A DNA stretch of 64,000 nt from Octopus vulgaris. Lineage: Eukaryota. The stretch is from NCBI GenBank assembly GCA_951406725.2, contig OX597815.1, positions 205,468,001 through 205,532,000 on the forward strand. The letters run 5' to 3'. The notes under the pieces are model-generated. The model had not been told where the DNA came from, did not search any database, and worked only from the letters and a program-made list of their open reading frames with translations. Of the stretch, positions 13,896 through 27,620 are shown piece after piece (within the stretch, counting starts at the first letter, position 1; every line of letters begins with the position of its first letter). A program made the position numbers and the translations under genes.

Positions 13896-14694
13896 GGAAG
13901 CACTCCGTCGGTTACGACGACGAGGGTTCCGGTTGATCCGATCAACGGAACAGCCTTTACTCTTTTACTCTTTTACTTGTTTCAGTCATTTGACTGCAGC
14001 CATGCTGGAGCACCGCCTTTAGTCGATCAAATCGATCCCGGAACTTATTCTTTGTAAGCCCAGTACTTATTCTATTGGTCTCTTTTGCCGAACCGCGAAG
14101 TGGCGGGGACGTAGACACACCAGCATCGGTTGTCAAGCAATGCTAGGGGGACAAACACAGACACACAAACACACACACACATATATATATATATACATAT
14201 ATACAACAGGCTTCTTTCAGTTTCCGTCTACCAAATCCACTCACAAGGCATTGGTCGGCCCGGGGCTATAGCAGAAGACACTTGCCCAAGATGCCACGCA
14301 GTGGGACTGAACCCGCAACCATGTGGTTGGTTAGCAAGCTACTTACCACACAGCCACTCCTGCACCAAGCCTGCTCATGAAATTAACGTGTAAGTGGCTG
14401 AGCATTCCACAGACACGTGTACCCTTAACGTAGTTCTCGGGGATATTCAGCGTGACACAGAGAGTGACAAGGCCAGCCCTTTGAAATACAGGTACAACAG
14501 AAACAGGAAGTAAGAGTGAGAGAAAGTTGCGGTGAAAGAGTACAGCAGGGATCACCACCATCCCCTGCCGGAGCCTCGTGAAGCTTTTTAGGTGTTTTTG
14601 CTCAATAAACACTCACAACACACAGTCTGAGAATCGAAACCACGATCCTACGACCTTGAGTCTGCTGCTCTAACCACTGGGCCATTGCGCCTCC
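13896..14694 (-). mobile_element. tRNA-derived SINE with a CORE-type SINE nested inside (about 13956-14363)
   Basis: The outer element matches the uninterrupted copy at 57661-58048 and is split at 'agcct', which appears on both sides of the insert. Confidence 0.85.
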
Positions 14695-17159
14695 TGTGCA
14701 ATAGATAAGTTATGTAACAAAGAAAGGAAAGGTGGGATATAATAATTTTTTTCTACTATAGTCACAAGGCCTGAAATTTGGGAGAAGGGGCTAGTCTATT
14801 ACATCAATCTCAGTGCATAGTTTGTACTTAATTTCATTGACCCCGAAAGGATGAAAGGCATAATTAACCTTGGTAGAATTTGAACTCAGAACCTAAGGGC
14901 GGACGAAATGCTGTTAAGCATTTTGCCTGGTATACTAATGATTCTGCCAGCTCACTGCTTTGAGATGGGATATAATAATGGCCCTTCTTACTCTAAGAAT
15001 ATCAACATAACCATTTGACATCCATTTTTCGTGCTTGCATAGGTTAGACAGATCTTCTTTAGCATAGTATCTTCTCTCTTATTGCAGTCCTTTGTCTTCT
15101 CTTTGATGAGTTTCATCTTGTTAAGATCAGTTTTCACCACTTGGTCCCATATATTCTTTGGGCTTCCTCTTCTGCTAATTCCTTCCACTTGGATCAATTA
15201 GTTCTACTTTATTCAACTGTCACTCTCTGTACACATTACTTGTCTGTAATAAAGCAGTCTCTTGTCTTGCACACTACGGCTGATTCCCTTTCACTTGGCC
15301 ATAAATTTGGGAGGATAGGGCAGACCATTACTTACGTTATTTATTTGGAATGGATGGAAAGTTATGGTTTGAACAGATCGTAATGACTCATAGTTAAATA
15401 AAAGCCTTTTCTCTTACACTCTACACATATCACCATTCACTGCTCTGGTTTCATATACAGATAAGCACATGCCTGTGAACTTGTAGTAGATGAGGTATAG
15501 TTAAAAGCAGCTGTCCCAAGCCTGAAACTAAGTATTATAAGGGCTTAGTCATGTGTTTTATCAGTCATCATTTTTATTGCCAAAATGGCAAGAAAGACGC
15601 AGAAATTGCAATACAGTACATTACATGCAAATAATAAACACAAAATTCACAAAATAAATACAAGCTTATGTGCCATGAGAAGAAAATTATGATTTTTCAA
15701 ACAGTGGCCCTTTAAAAAATGAGAATGTGTTGTAAAAATGCCAAAAAGTGTATGAAAAATGTAGAAAGAGATGACTTTCTATGCTCTGAGTTCTGACTTT
15801 GCCAAGGTCATCTTTGCTTTCATACTTTTAGGCTTGATAAAAATGTATCAAACTTGTGCAGGGAATCGGCAAAACTAAGAATGATGGAATGGATGCTGCC
15901 TTGCAGTTTTTATTTCTGCTCTTCACATTCTGGGTTCAAATCCCATCAGGACCTGTTTGGTCGGTAGACTTATTCCAGTTTGTAGCTTGACACCTTGGGT
16001 GCCTTTAGTAAAGTCTATTCTGTTGCAAGCTTTCAGGGTAGGTTTCTGGTTTGAAGATGTCTTCCTCCCACCTGTCTCAGAGGTGCTGTGAAATTTCATT
16101 GGCGTTGCCTTCCTTCCTGACTAAAAAATAAAAAAAAATAAAGGTGGTTGTAGAACATTGTAATGAGTTAAAAATATACAGAATTATTTGTGTGTGTATA
16201 CCCCTTCATCCCTCCCTCTCTCTCTCACTCTCTCTCTCTATATATATATTTGTATTTAACTGTGTTAAATAGTGACATGAATCTGTTGTCTATGTGATAT
16301 TGTTCTGAATAAAATATATACTTAAATTTATCAATAGCTTAATAATGGTTCTTTCTGATACAAAAGAATATTTAAGAAACTTTGAAATAAATGCCATATG
16401 ATATTAATGCCACTCCTGCAACAGTTTCTTATATCCTATTGTCCCCAACCCTCTACCCAGGTTTCACCAGTCACTGCATTGCTCTCTCTCCCTTTTTTAC
16501 TTTCATGTAAACTCCCTATTCATGCCCCTTGGGCAATCCTCTTCCATCTCACCTATATTCACATCCTCATACCTTGAGAGTGTGTTCTGGCACATCACCA
16601 CCATCCCTCTTGCTCTCTCTCATTCTCTCTCTCGCTTCCTCATTCTTTCTCTTCCTCTTACAGGGGTAACCATGTATCCCCTCTACGACAAGACACCAGT
16701 TTCTGACCCTCTGTCTTACTCTAACCTCTCATTACCTGGCACAAATCCACCTCCCTCAATACCAGCCCCTCTCAAAAAATCTTTGCCTTGCAAGTTGCTT
16801 GATGGCTTCATTGGTACTGGTACCATGTAAAGGGCATCCAGTCCACTCTGTAAAGCGGTTTGCATTTGGAAGGTCACCCAGCCATAAAAACCATGCCAAA
16901 GCTGACCTCACCAGTGCTGGTGCCACATAAAAAGCACCTAGTCCACTCTGTAATGTGGTTAGCATTAAGAAAGGCTTCTAGCCATAAAACCATGCCAAAA
17001 CAGACCTCACTGGTGTCAGTGCCATGTAAAAAGCACCCAGTCTACTCTGTAAAGTGGTTGGCACTAGGAAGGGCATCTAACTGTAAAAGCCATATCAAAA
17101 CCACTTTTACCTTCTATTTTTCCAAACAAGATTGTATTTGCAAGTCACCCAATCATTCT

Positions 17160-17560
17160 ATCTCTTTTACTCTTTTACTTGTTTCAGTCATTTGACTGCG
17201 GCCATGCTGGAGCACCGCCTTTAGTCGAGCAAATCGACCCCGAGACTTATTCTTTGTAAGCCCAGTACTTATTCTATTGGTCTCTTTTTTGCTGAACCGC
17301 TAAGTAACGGGGACGTAAACACACCAGCATCGGTTGTCAAGCAATGCTAGGGGGACAAACACAGACAAACAAACACACACATATATATATACATATATAC
17401 GACAGGCTTCTTTCAGTTTCTGTCTACCAAATCCACTCACAAGGCATTGGTCGGCCCGGGGCTATAGCAGAAGACACTTGCCCAAGATGCCACGCAGTGG
17501 GACTGAACCCGGAACCATGTGGTTGGTTAGCAAGCTACTTACCACACAGCCACTCCTGCG
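17160..17560 (-). mobile_element. CORE-type tRNA SINE (family C)
   Basis: Head GCAGGAGTGGCTGTGTGGTAAG..GGTTCAGTCCC, CORE-like cttgggcaagtgtc, internal (TA/TG)n and GTAAAAGA tail. An inverted, internally deleted copy lies at 17748-18010. Confidence 0.85.
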
Positions 17561-19394
17561 GATATGATTGAATTACCTCATTTTTCTCTGTTTTTTTTCT
17601 TCTTCTTTTTTCTTCCCAACCAATGCCTTAAATTCTAAGATTGACTTGTTGGTCTGGTAGTCCTCTGTAACACCAAGTATTCTGAGATAGCATTTCACTT
17701 TGAATGCTGATAATTTCATCTCATTGTTTTTTGAGTATATCTATATCAGGCACAGGAGTGGCTCTGTGGTAAGTAGCTTGTTTACCAACCACGTGGTTCC
17801 GGGTTCAGTCCCACTGCATGGCACCTTGGGCAAGTGTCTTCTACTATAGCCTCGGGCCAACCAATGCCTTGTGAGTGGATTTGGTAGACAGAAACTGAAA
17901 GAAGCCCGTCATATATATGTATACATATATATGCGTGTGTGTGTTTGTGTGTCTGTGTTTGTCCCCCTAGCATTGCCGCAGTCAAATGACTGAAACAAGT
18001 AAAAGAATAAAAAAGAGAATATCTTACAGCCACACACTGCAACTGCAGTTATCTTAGCTTGTGTTAGCCTTAGTTTGTTTAATCATATCGATGTCCTTAC
18101 TGCTCCAGATCTAATTCAATTTTGCTAATTGTACTGTTACATTCTCAGAGACTAAACGAACGCATCCAGTGATTTCAACTAAATTCCATTCACTTCCAAG
18201 TGTATCTAAGCCGGTTTCATTGTTTCTTCTGTGTATTGTTCTTCTGTGTCTATGACTTGACTGCTTTTTTTTAACAATTGATTTCTATACCATATTTACT
18301 TGGAGCAATAACTAGTCTTCTCATGATCAAATAATTCACCTTTAGAATTGGCTGAAAAATCAGTGTCACCTGCAAGTCTTTGATAAATTGGTGATCATTC
18401 CTCCACTAATCTTTCCTGTGCCTTCAAAATTCTCTTGGGCATGTTATTTGTTCAAGAGAAATACATTGAAAAGTTCTGATGATAATGAGCAGCCCTTTGA
18501 AATTCCAATACTTGCTTCAAACCATTCCATTGTTTCATTGTTTTCTTATATTGTTTTTGCAGTTATTCAATTAAATGCATTAGGATATATTACACTTCAT
18601 GTTACTTTGTTTTTTTTCTCTGTCAGCAAATGTGTGATAAAATTGCTTTTTATGGTCTCAGCAATGCTTCTCACAGAGGTTATGTCCTACAATATTGCAA
18701 CCTCATTGAACCCCTGCTTGTTCGTTAGCAATTATTTTAGTTTATTACCTGTAATATGTGGCAACTTTTTAACTCTAATATAAAATTTAGCTCAAAGTAA
18801 TTAGTTTTTGAAGTGTTTAGTCCAGCTACTATTATAATAACAACAGTTGTTTCGTTATATTTCCTTTTACACTAGAGCCAGTTCATTAAAACAACGAAAC
18901 ACACAGAAATATTACAAAAGATGTGAGAATAAACAAAGCAAAGTTATATTAAAATGAGGGTAGGGAAAGAAATATTATGCAATATGTTAAAACCTTTAAA
19001 TATTTTAAACTTGCACAAAATAACTAAATGGTCATATATAATAATTATTATAATTTAAAGAAACAAGAATCGAAATCGGAATCGAAATTGAACCAATCCT
19101 ATGACTGGCACCTGGCAGTTGCCAGGACCCCTGGACTGGTGGTACGTAAAAACCACTATCCGAATCGTGGCCGATGCCAGCGCCACCTCGACTGGCTTCC
19201 GTGCCGGTGGCACGTAAAATGCACCCACTACACTCACAGAGTGGTTGGCGTTAGGAAGGGCATCCAGCTGTAGAAACACTGCCAGATCAGACCGGAGCCT
19301 GGTGCAGCCTTCTGGCTTCACAGACCCCGGTCAAACCATCCAACCCGTGCTAGCGCGGGAAACGGATGTTAAACGATGATGATGATGATGATGA

Positions 19395-22211
19395 CTCCAT
19401 CAAATGCCAGTGGGGCAAGCTAGAAGTAGTTGATAGCGTTCATTATCTTGGTGACTAAGTCAGTAGTGGAGGTGGATGCTCCAAGAGCGTAGCTGGAAGA
19501 ATAAGATTAGGCTGGGCAAAGTTCGGAGAGCTCTTACCTCTGTTGAAAACAAAGGGCCTCGTCATCAGTGAAAGGCAAACTGTATGATGTCTGTGTGCAA
19601 ACAGCTGTGCTACATGGCAGTGAAACATGGACTGTGACCACCGAGGACATGCGTAGGCTTGAAAGAAACAAAGATAATATACTTTGTTGGATGTGCAATG
19701 TCAGTGTGCATTTATGACAGAGTGTAAGAGAAAAGTTGGGCTTAAAAGGTATCAGATGTGGTGTGCAAGAGAGATGACTGTGCTGGTATGGTCATGGGAT
19801 ATGTATGGGCGAGGACAACTGTGTAAAGAAATGCTGATCTCTAACCATGCAGAGAGCCTGTTGAAGAAGTAGACCCAGGAAGACATGGGACATGGTGGTG
19901 AAGCATGATCTTTGAATGTTGGGCCTCATGGAGGCAATGACTAATGACTGAGACCTTTGGTGATATGCTGTACCTAAGAAGACCCAATAAGCTAAGTAAA
20001 ATCAAAGTTGTGACCGATGCCGGTATCATGTAATTGGAAGCCATGCTGGTGGCACATAAAAAGCACCTGTAGAGTGTTGGGCCTCACAGAGGCAATGTGA
20101 CTGATGCTGGTGTTGCATACCTGGCACCCATGCTGGTGGCACATAAAAAGCACCTTTCAAATGTTGGGCCTCACGGAAGCAATGTGTCCGATGCAAATGT
20201 CGTGTAAATGGCACCTGTGCTGGTGGCACATAAAAAGCACCTTTCAAATGTTGGGCCTCACGGAAGCAATGTGTCCGATGCAAATGTCGTGTAAATGGCA
20301 CCTGTGCTGGTGGCACATAAAAAGCACCTTTCAAATGTTGGGCCTCACGGAAGCAATGTGTCCGATGCAAATGTCGTGTAAATGGCACCTGTGCTGGTGG
20401 CACATAAAAAGCACCTTTCAAATGTTGGGCCTCACGGAAGCAATGTGTCCGATGCAAATGTCGTGTAAATGGCACCTGTGCTGGTGGCACATAAAAAGCA
20501 CCTTTCAAATGTTGGACCTCACGGAAGCAATGTGTCCGATGCAAATGTCGTGTAAATGGCACCTGTGCTGGTGGCACATAAAAAGCACCTTTCAAATGTT
20601 GGGCCTCACGGAAGCAATGTGTCCGATGCAAATGTCGTGTAAATGGCACCTGTGCTGGTGGCACATAAAAAGCACCTTTCAAATGTTGGGCCTCACGGAA
20701 GCAATGTGTCCGATGCAAATGTCGTGTAAATGGCACCTGTGCTGGTGGCACATAAAAAGCACCTTTCAAATGTTGGGCCTCACGGAAGCAATGTGTCCGA
20801 TGCAAATGTCGTGTAAATGGCACCTGTGCTGGTGGCACATAAAAAGCACCTTTCAAATGTTGGGCCTCACGGAAGCAATGTGTCCGATGCAAATGTCGTG
20901 TAAATGGCACCTGTGCTGGTGGCACATAAAAAGCACCTTTCAAATGTTGGACCTCACGGAAGCAATGTGTCCGATGCAAATGTCGTGTAAATGGCACCTG
21001 TGCTGGTGGCACATAAAAAGCACCTTTCAAATGTTGGGCCTCACGGAAGCAATGTGTCCGATGCAAATGTCGTGTAAATGGCACCTGTGCTGGTGGCACA
21101 TAAAAAGCACCTTTCAAATGTTGGGCCTCACGGAAGCAATGTGTCCGATGCAAATGTCGTGTAAATGGCACCTGTGCTGGTGGCACATAAAAAGCACCTT
21201 TCAAATGTTGGACCTCACGGAAGCAATGTGTCCGATGCAAATGTCGTGTAAATGGCACCTGTGCTGGTGGCACATAAAAAGCACCTTTCAAATGTTGGGC
21301 CTCACGGAAGCAATGTGTCCGATGCAAATGTCGTGTAAATGGCACCTGTGCTGGTGGCACATAAAAAGCACCTTTCAAATGTTGGGCCTCACGGAAGCAA
21401 TGTGTCCGATGCAAATGTCGTGTAAATGGCACCTGTGCTGGTGGCACATAAAAAGCACCTTTCAAATGTTGGGCCTCACGGAAGCAATGTGTCCGATGCA
21501 AATGTCGTGTAAATGGCACCTGTGCTGGTGGCACATAAAAAGCACCTTTCAAATGTTGGGCCTCACGGAAGCAATGTGTCCGATGCAAATGTCGTGTAAA
21601 TGGCACCTGTGCTGGTGGCACATAAAAAGCACCTTTCAAATGTTGGGCCTCACGGAAGCAATGTGTCCGATGCAAATGTCGTGTAAATGGCACCTGTGCT
21701 GGTGGCACATAAAAAGCACCTTTCAAATGTTGGGCCTCACGGAAGCAATGTGTCCGATGCAAATGTCGTGTAAATGGCACCTGTGCTGGTGGCACATAAA
21801 AAGCACCTTTCAAATGTTGGGCCTCACGGAAGCAATGTGTCCGATGCAAATGTCGTGTAAATGGCACCTGTGCTGGTGGCACATAAAAAAGCACCTTTCA
21901 AACGTTGGGCCTCACAGAGACAATGACAAATGACCAAGATCTTTGGCAATATGCCATGCTTCAGAAGAAGACCCATCAAGCCAAATGAAATCATAGTCAT
22001 GGCAGAGACTGGTGTCACACAACTGGCACCCATACTGGTGGCACGTAAAAGCACTCATTACACTCTCAGAGTGATTGGCATTTGGAAGGGCATCCAGCCA
22101 TAGAAACAATGCCAAATCAGACAGGAGTATGGTGCAGCCCCTCAGCTTGCCAGCCCTGGTCAAACCATCCAATCGATGCCAGCATGGACAACGGACATTA
22201 AATGATGATGA
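19395..22211 (+). mobile_element. 5'-truncated RTE LINE with an expanded tandem array in its 3' UTR
   Basis: 19400-19960 reads LEVVDSVHYLGD..RIRLGWAKFGELLPLL..KGKLYDVCVQTAVLHGSETW with stops and frameshifts; the element ends in the shared tail and (GAT)n near 22211. Confidence 0.85.
20131..21915 (+). repeat. 87-bp minisatellite, 20 near-identical units plus a partial unit
   Basis: Unit starts run from 20131 to 21871 at an exact 87-bp period. The only variant I saw is gggcc>ggacc in units 5, 10 and 13. A diverged unit starts at 20044. Confidence 0.97.
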
Positions 22212-23650
22212 TATTGACCTAGGTTACTTAGTTCTGGATGTGAATCTTTGATCTACAAAACTGGTGACCAGCTACTGTTAATTCATTTAATGCTCCCCAG
22301 ATTTGATGAAAACACAAAATTGCTTGCACCATGGTTTGAACTCTGATATTTAAAAAAAACCCCAAAAAACCCCCCTCCAACCAAAACTTTTACTGCAAAA
22401 CTTTTAGCTGTTTTTAGTTTGTATACTCACGACAATGCCTATTTCAGCACTTAGTGTAATAGTCAGTATTTGTTTTATATTGGATCTTGTTCATAGGTTT
22501 GGTTCATAACAATTCCAGATCAACAAGTATATTCAACAAACATTTCTGTTGTTCCTTTTATTCAAATACTTCACAGGGCAAAATGCTTAGCAGCATTTCA
22601 TCTGTTCTTACATTCTGAGTTAAAATTCTGTTGAAGTTGACTTTGCCTTTCATCCTTTAGGGGTTGATAAATTAACTACTAGTTGAATACTGGGATCGAT
22701 ATAATCAACTATCCCTCTCCCCTGAGTTCCAGGACTTGTGCCCCTAATAGAAAGGATTATTATTATTATTATTATTGCTGTATCCAGTGTCAAATGATTT
22801 CTTTTGAGCAGCTGTAAGGCAGATTTTGACGGGCAGGATATATGTTATTGCTGGTTCTTATTTTACTAACCCTTATAAACCAACAAGGAAACCTCTATGT
22901 GGTTGCTTAACAATCTAGGAATCAATGACCAAATCTTTCTCAAATCACAGACTTTACAAAAGGATTCATTGAATAATGTTATTAGAAATACATCGCCTTA
23001 CAAAAAAAAATAAAGAATGGTTGATCATGGTTTGAATACCTATTTCTTTACTATCCACAAGGGGCTAAACACAGAGAAGACAAACAAGGACAGACAAAGG
23101 GATTAAGTCGATAACTGGTACTTAATTTATCGACCCCGAAAGGATGAAAGGCAAAGTCGACCTCGGCGGAATTTGAACTCAGAACGTAACAGCAGACGAA
23201 ATACGGCTATGCATTTCGCCCGGCGTGCTAACGATTCTGCCAGCTCGCCGCCTTAAATACCATTTAATATTGATAGGTGCTAACTGGCAAGCTGACGAAA
23301 TTGTTAACACCTGGCAAAATGTTTAGCGGCATTTCATGTCTTTACATTCTGAGTTCAAATCTACCAAGGTTGGCTTTGCCCTTCATCCTTTCAGGGTCAA
23401 TAAAATAAGTACCAGCTAAAAAACAGGGTTGATGTAATCGACTTAACCCCTCCCGCAAAGTTGCTGGCCTTGTGCCAAAATTTGAATTCAATATAGACAG
23501 GTTTGCTTGACAAGGGTTCACTTGAGGCTAAGTGTCAATAGCAACTAACCTTCATTTTTTACTGTCTTCAATTCTGATGATTTTATTTGATGTGCATTAT
23601 TTTGTCAGTCTTTTAAAAAAAATTAGGGAGTCAAGAGAAGCTTATATTTT

Positions 23651-23878
23651 TTAACCCTTTAGTGTTTAAACTGGCCATATCCGGCCAAAATATTCTACCT
23701 ATTTTATGTTCAAACTAGTCAGATATGGTCATTCATAGCTACCTTATTGTGTCATTTTAAAAATAAACAATCACATCATTGAAATCTCAAGGCCATGAAA
23801 TGATGCAAGATTAATTTTACATGGTGTGAATACATAAGCTTTACATTTGACAGAATAATCTGAATGCTAAAGGGTTAA
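23651..23878. mobile_element. piggyBac-like MITE (family A)
   Basis: TTAA|CCCTTTAG...CTAAAGGG|TTAA. Relatives at about 26400-26632, 29977-30203 (inverted) and about 48107-49005 (interrupted). Confidence 0.8.
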
Positions 23879-23990
23879 GGCCCAAAGAAGGTCCGTTTAA
23901 AGAAATTAGTCTTCATAGGGTAACTGCTGCATTTATTGACTATATAAACAGTTCAGCTGTTTGTTTCTCTGGAGATTGTCAAAATAATGT

Positions 23991-24042
23991 GGACACCTCT
24001 GATGAGAACCCAATAAGGTTTGAAAATCGATTAAGGTTGTTC
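23991..24042 (+). ncRNA. Minimal type I hammerhead ribozyme (Penelope-like element remnant)
   Basis: Stem I ggacacct/aggt(t)gttc; CTGATGA; stem II gaacc/ggttt; GAAA; palindromic stem III atcgat; UH = TA. Confidence 0.72.
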
Positions 24043-24342
24043 ATCATTTTTCCAGTTTGTGGAGAAACGGCTGTAATTTTCCCTATTTATAATTATACCA
24101 TATGTTACATACTAATATTAGAGCAAATGTTATGTCAGTTGGGAAAATAAATATAACAGGTTAATCAATAATTACCTTAATGCTAAAAACATGAAAATGC
24201 ATAGTTGGAACTAATTACTTACAGAGCTAATTAGACCATGGTTAGCTCAGTGATGTCCTTGTATAGCAACACTATAGGGTCATGGCTGATGTAGAAAATA
24301 ATGTTGGCTATATGGTCAAGAAGTTGGCTTGTCGTGCATATG

Positions 24343-24912
24343 TTAGTTAGTTAGTTAATTTTTTGGCTCAAAAAGCAAAAAGCAAGGCCATGTAGGGGGA
24401 CATGGAGTTATGTACAGGGAGGGTGTTCATGCAAAGAGTTCAGGCCACTTGAGGTCAAGGGAGACTTTGAACCAAGCGGTCGTCGGCATCTTCACCATCT
24501 CGTCTGGCAGCTTATTCCACGGATCCACAACCCGGACAGAGAAAGCCCCTCTCCTTCAATTGAGATGAAATCGTCGCAGGTAGAGCTTTTCGGAATGACC
24601 CCGCAGCCGACGCTCTGGAGCAGGAGTGAAGAACAGCTCTTTCGAGAGGTTACACTTTCCGCTTATGATGTTGTGAGCAAGAATGAGATCACCACGGCAT
24701 CGTCGTTTTTCTAGAGAATAAAGGTCGAGCGTCTTCAGCCTTTCTTCATAAGACAAATTCTTGAGACCATGAACCATGCGGGTAGCCAGCTTCTGGACTC
24801 TTTCGAGATGCTGTATGACTTTGAGGAGATAAGAAGAGGCTTGAATCCCGTACTCCAATATGGGTCTCACCAGCGTGACATAGAGCGGTAGGAATATAGC
24901 TGCTGTGAGCAT
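24343..24912 (-). mobile_element. CR1-clade LINE 3' fragment
   Basis: LYVTLVRPILEYG..LERVQKLATRMV..LSYEERLK.LDLYSLEKRR.RGDLI; (CTAA)n tail. Confidence 0.92.
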
Positions 24913-25044
24913 TCCAGGTTCAATCCCATTGCAATGAATGGCCCCTTGGTTCATTGTCTTCTACCAGAGAATAAAGGACACGGATGAAATCAAGCAAAGA
25001 ATAACTACAGAAGTTTTGTTAGGTGGACTGTATTTGTTCTTCAG

Positions 25045-25441
25045 TGTTAGGCTTAGTCACAGGATGAGACAATTAGGTGCAGCTGTTTGGCTGCCAATGG
25101 TTTGGCATGGCTGGCTGGACAGTCAACCTGTTTTGGCACATCAGGCAAGCACACATACACACACATGCATGTGTGTGCTGAAATATGCTCATACAATGAG
25201 TGTTACACATTCATATATATGCGTATGTGTGGGCGTGCGTGTGTGGAATGCGTCCCCGCTTTTGGTACTATTTTATAAGTATTACTACGCTGTGTCTAAA
25301 GTTATATAGGTGTCGCTGCGCTGAATGTGGCCAGTTCGTGTAACATGAAAAGTAAATAAACACGTAAAACAATAACAGTGGCTTTCATATTGGTTGTCTA
25401 TCCCATTAGAATGAAATAACACATAACATGGTGGCAGCGGT
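25045..25441 (+). mobile_element. Gypsy-type LTR (about 25045-25428) followed by a tRNA-Leu primer-binding site
   Basis: TGTTAG...CATAACA ends; AATAAA near 25355; TGGTGGCAGCGGT follows immediately and is complementary to the tRNA-Leu 3' end. The 3' part is homologous to 28511-28661. Confidence 0.7.
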
Positions 25442-25666
25442 AAATAATTAATCGGAAACTGTGCCTTTACAACAAAACAGAAAGAACATCCTGCCACCGG
25501 TTCGATACCGTTAAAGAAAAAAAAATATACATGAACTTTCAAAAAACTGCTATGATTAATTTAATTTTGCTCAATTTGGTTTTCATTTTCTTATTAAATT
25601 TTTTTTAGGCAATTGAAACTAATGGTATATTTTGATAAAAAAAAATGTAAATATTTTCTCTTTTTA

Positions 25667-26050
25667 TCTCTCTCTATATAAACGGCAGTTTGTCTGTGTG
25701 TGTTTCTGTGTGTCTGTTAGGTTGTACCCTCACCCTAACCACGGCTTTCAACCGATTCTGATGAAACTTGACACACACATAGCCCAATGTCATAATTCAA
25801 AACTAACGCAGCGAAAATTTTGAAAAGTTCCCCCAGTTCTGAAAAAAATCGATAAATTCGACATGGGGTCGAGAATCAGAAACACAAACCACAGACTGTC
25901 TTGGGGACGCAACTCCACCTTTTTAACTCTCAAAAATAAATTTACCATAATTTTTTTCCATTTTTTTGCTATTTTTTGGCTATAACTCTCTAAGAATGCT
26001 TTATAGTTATTTCCCTTACAAACCCGAGCAACGCCGGGCGATACTGCTAG
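25667..26050 (+). mobile_element. Non-autonomous Helitron
   Basis: A|TC... start, subterminal hairpin CCCGAGCAACGCCGGG and CTAG|T end; near-identical copy at 46941-47333. Confidence 0.8.
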
Positions 26051-27294
26051 TTCATGATAAAGTTTTTTCAAAAAAAAAAATGAAAAAAAATGAAAAGATA
26101 AGAGTAAATCAGAGAGGGAAGGATAGAGAGAGCAATTTATTTAATTGAATGCAATTGGTATAAACACCTTCCCTCTCCTCATACACAACAATAAGAGAAA
26201 TATGCTCATATTCATAAAGGAGAGAGTGTGGTAATGGTGAAAACGAGAGAACAATGAAATGTCTGATGTCAAGTCTCCATCAAGTCAGCGATGCTAAAGA
26301 GGTGGCGCCAAAACAACTGTGCCAAAATATTTCATACCCACTTGACCCTTTGCTTGGTTTAATGCTGTCACCTAGCGATTGGGGGGCCTTTGGCTGCATC
26401 CACACATTTACAGATATTTAAACTGGCCATGTCCGGCCGAAAGTATTCTGCCTGTTTTATGTTCAAACTGGCCACATCTGGTCTCTTACACCAACCCTAC
26501 AATATCGTTTTAAAAATTAACAGCTACCTCTTCAAAATCTCATAGCTACAAGATAATGCAAGATTAGTTCAAAACAATGTGGATAAGAAAGGGATTAATT
26601 TTGGCAGAATAATGTGAACACTAAAGGGTTAAACTAGGTTTCAGGTCAGAGGATAAACTATGAGCAGTGATTTCTTCTTCCTTTTTCATCTCCTAGTCTT
26701 GGAGATACTGAAAAAGGTTACAGGTGCTGCCCTACCTATTTTAATTAAGGCAGAAAAAATGTGTTATGAAGGATCATAGAAAAGCTGATGCAAAATAGTA
26801 TTAACAATGGTTAAACTATAAAATGTAGCTTCATTGTATAGCAAGGTGTGGAAGAACAGTCTTAGAACTACAGAAGGAGAGTGTTGGGTAAGAAATGTGA
26901 ACTGGTGGACTATAAGAAAACTATTGGAAATGAATAATTTGTGAAGGATATTGAATTTGTGTTGTGGAGCTAGAGATATAATCAGGATTAAGTTAAGTAA
27001 TAATTTCATTAGGAATTTAAATCATACAAAATTCCTTCTTCAATTTGTTTGCTTTTTTTTGTTTTAGCTTTAATACTAAATAACAAGATTCGGGACTAGA
27101 AGCACATTGAGGGTTTATGTTTTTTAATATATTATGTAAATGAAGTCAGTGTGTTGACAGGATCATTAGCACACCAGGCAAAATGCTCAGTGGCATTTCA
27201 TTCCTCTTCACATTCTGAGTTCAAATTCAACCAAGAGTTGATATAATCGAATTACCCTCCCCCAGAATTGCTGGTCTTGTGCCAAAATTTGAAA

Positions 27295-27620
27295 TACATT
27301 GTTAGGTCATCACATAAATAATGCAGTTTTTTGAATTTCATGAACTAAAAGTCAGAGAGGGAAGGGATTATCTACCTGCATCAACTTACTATAAAAGCAG
27401 GTAGTAATTTTACTATGTCCTTATTCTTAGTGTGAGTTTTGAAGAGTGCAGTTCAATCTTAACAGATATTTTTTCAAAGCTATAATGGAAGTGACAAAGG
27501 AGCATATTCAGAATATTTTGCTTTATGAGTTCAATAAAGGCAACAATGCAACTTTATCTTAATTTTGAAAAATAAAAGAAGTATTAAAAAATTGCATTAT
27601 TTATGAGATGACCCAGTGTA
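27295..27620 (+). mobile_element. Internally deleted mariner element
   Basis: TIRs (ggtcatcacataaataatgca / tgcattatttatgagatgacc); the ATG at 27485 gives MEVTKEHIQNILLYEFNKGNNA, resembling a mariner transposase N-terminus, before the deletion. Confidence 0.75.

Noticed and set aside
20044-21915. CRISPR-like repeat/spacer appearance (also the modular tails at 4.3, 6.2 and 31.3 kb)
   Set aside because: The 'spacers' are identical or homologous to each other, there are no cas genes, and the context is eukaryotic retroelement sequence.
20026-21933. 622-aa and 609-aa ORFs on opposite strands
   Set aside because: By-product of a stop-free 87-bp (29-codon) tandem unit in an RTE 3' UTR; no synonymous-type divergence between units and no gene context.
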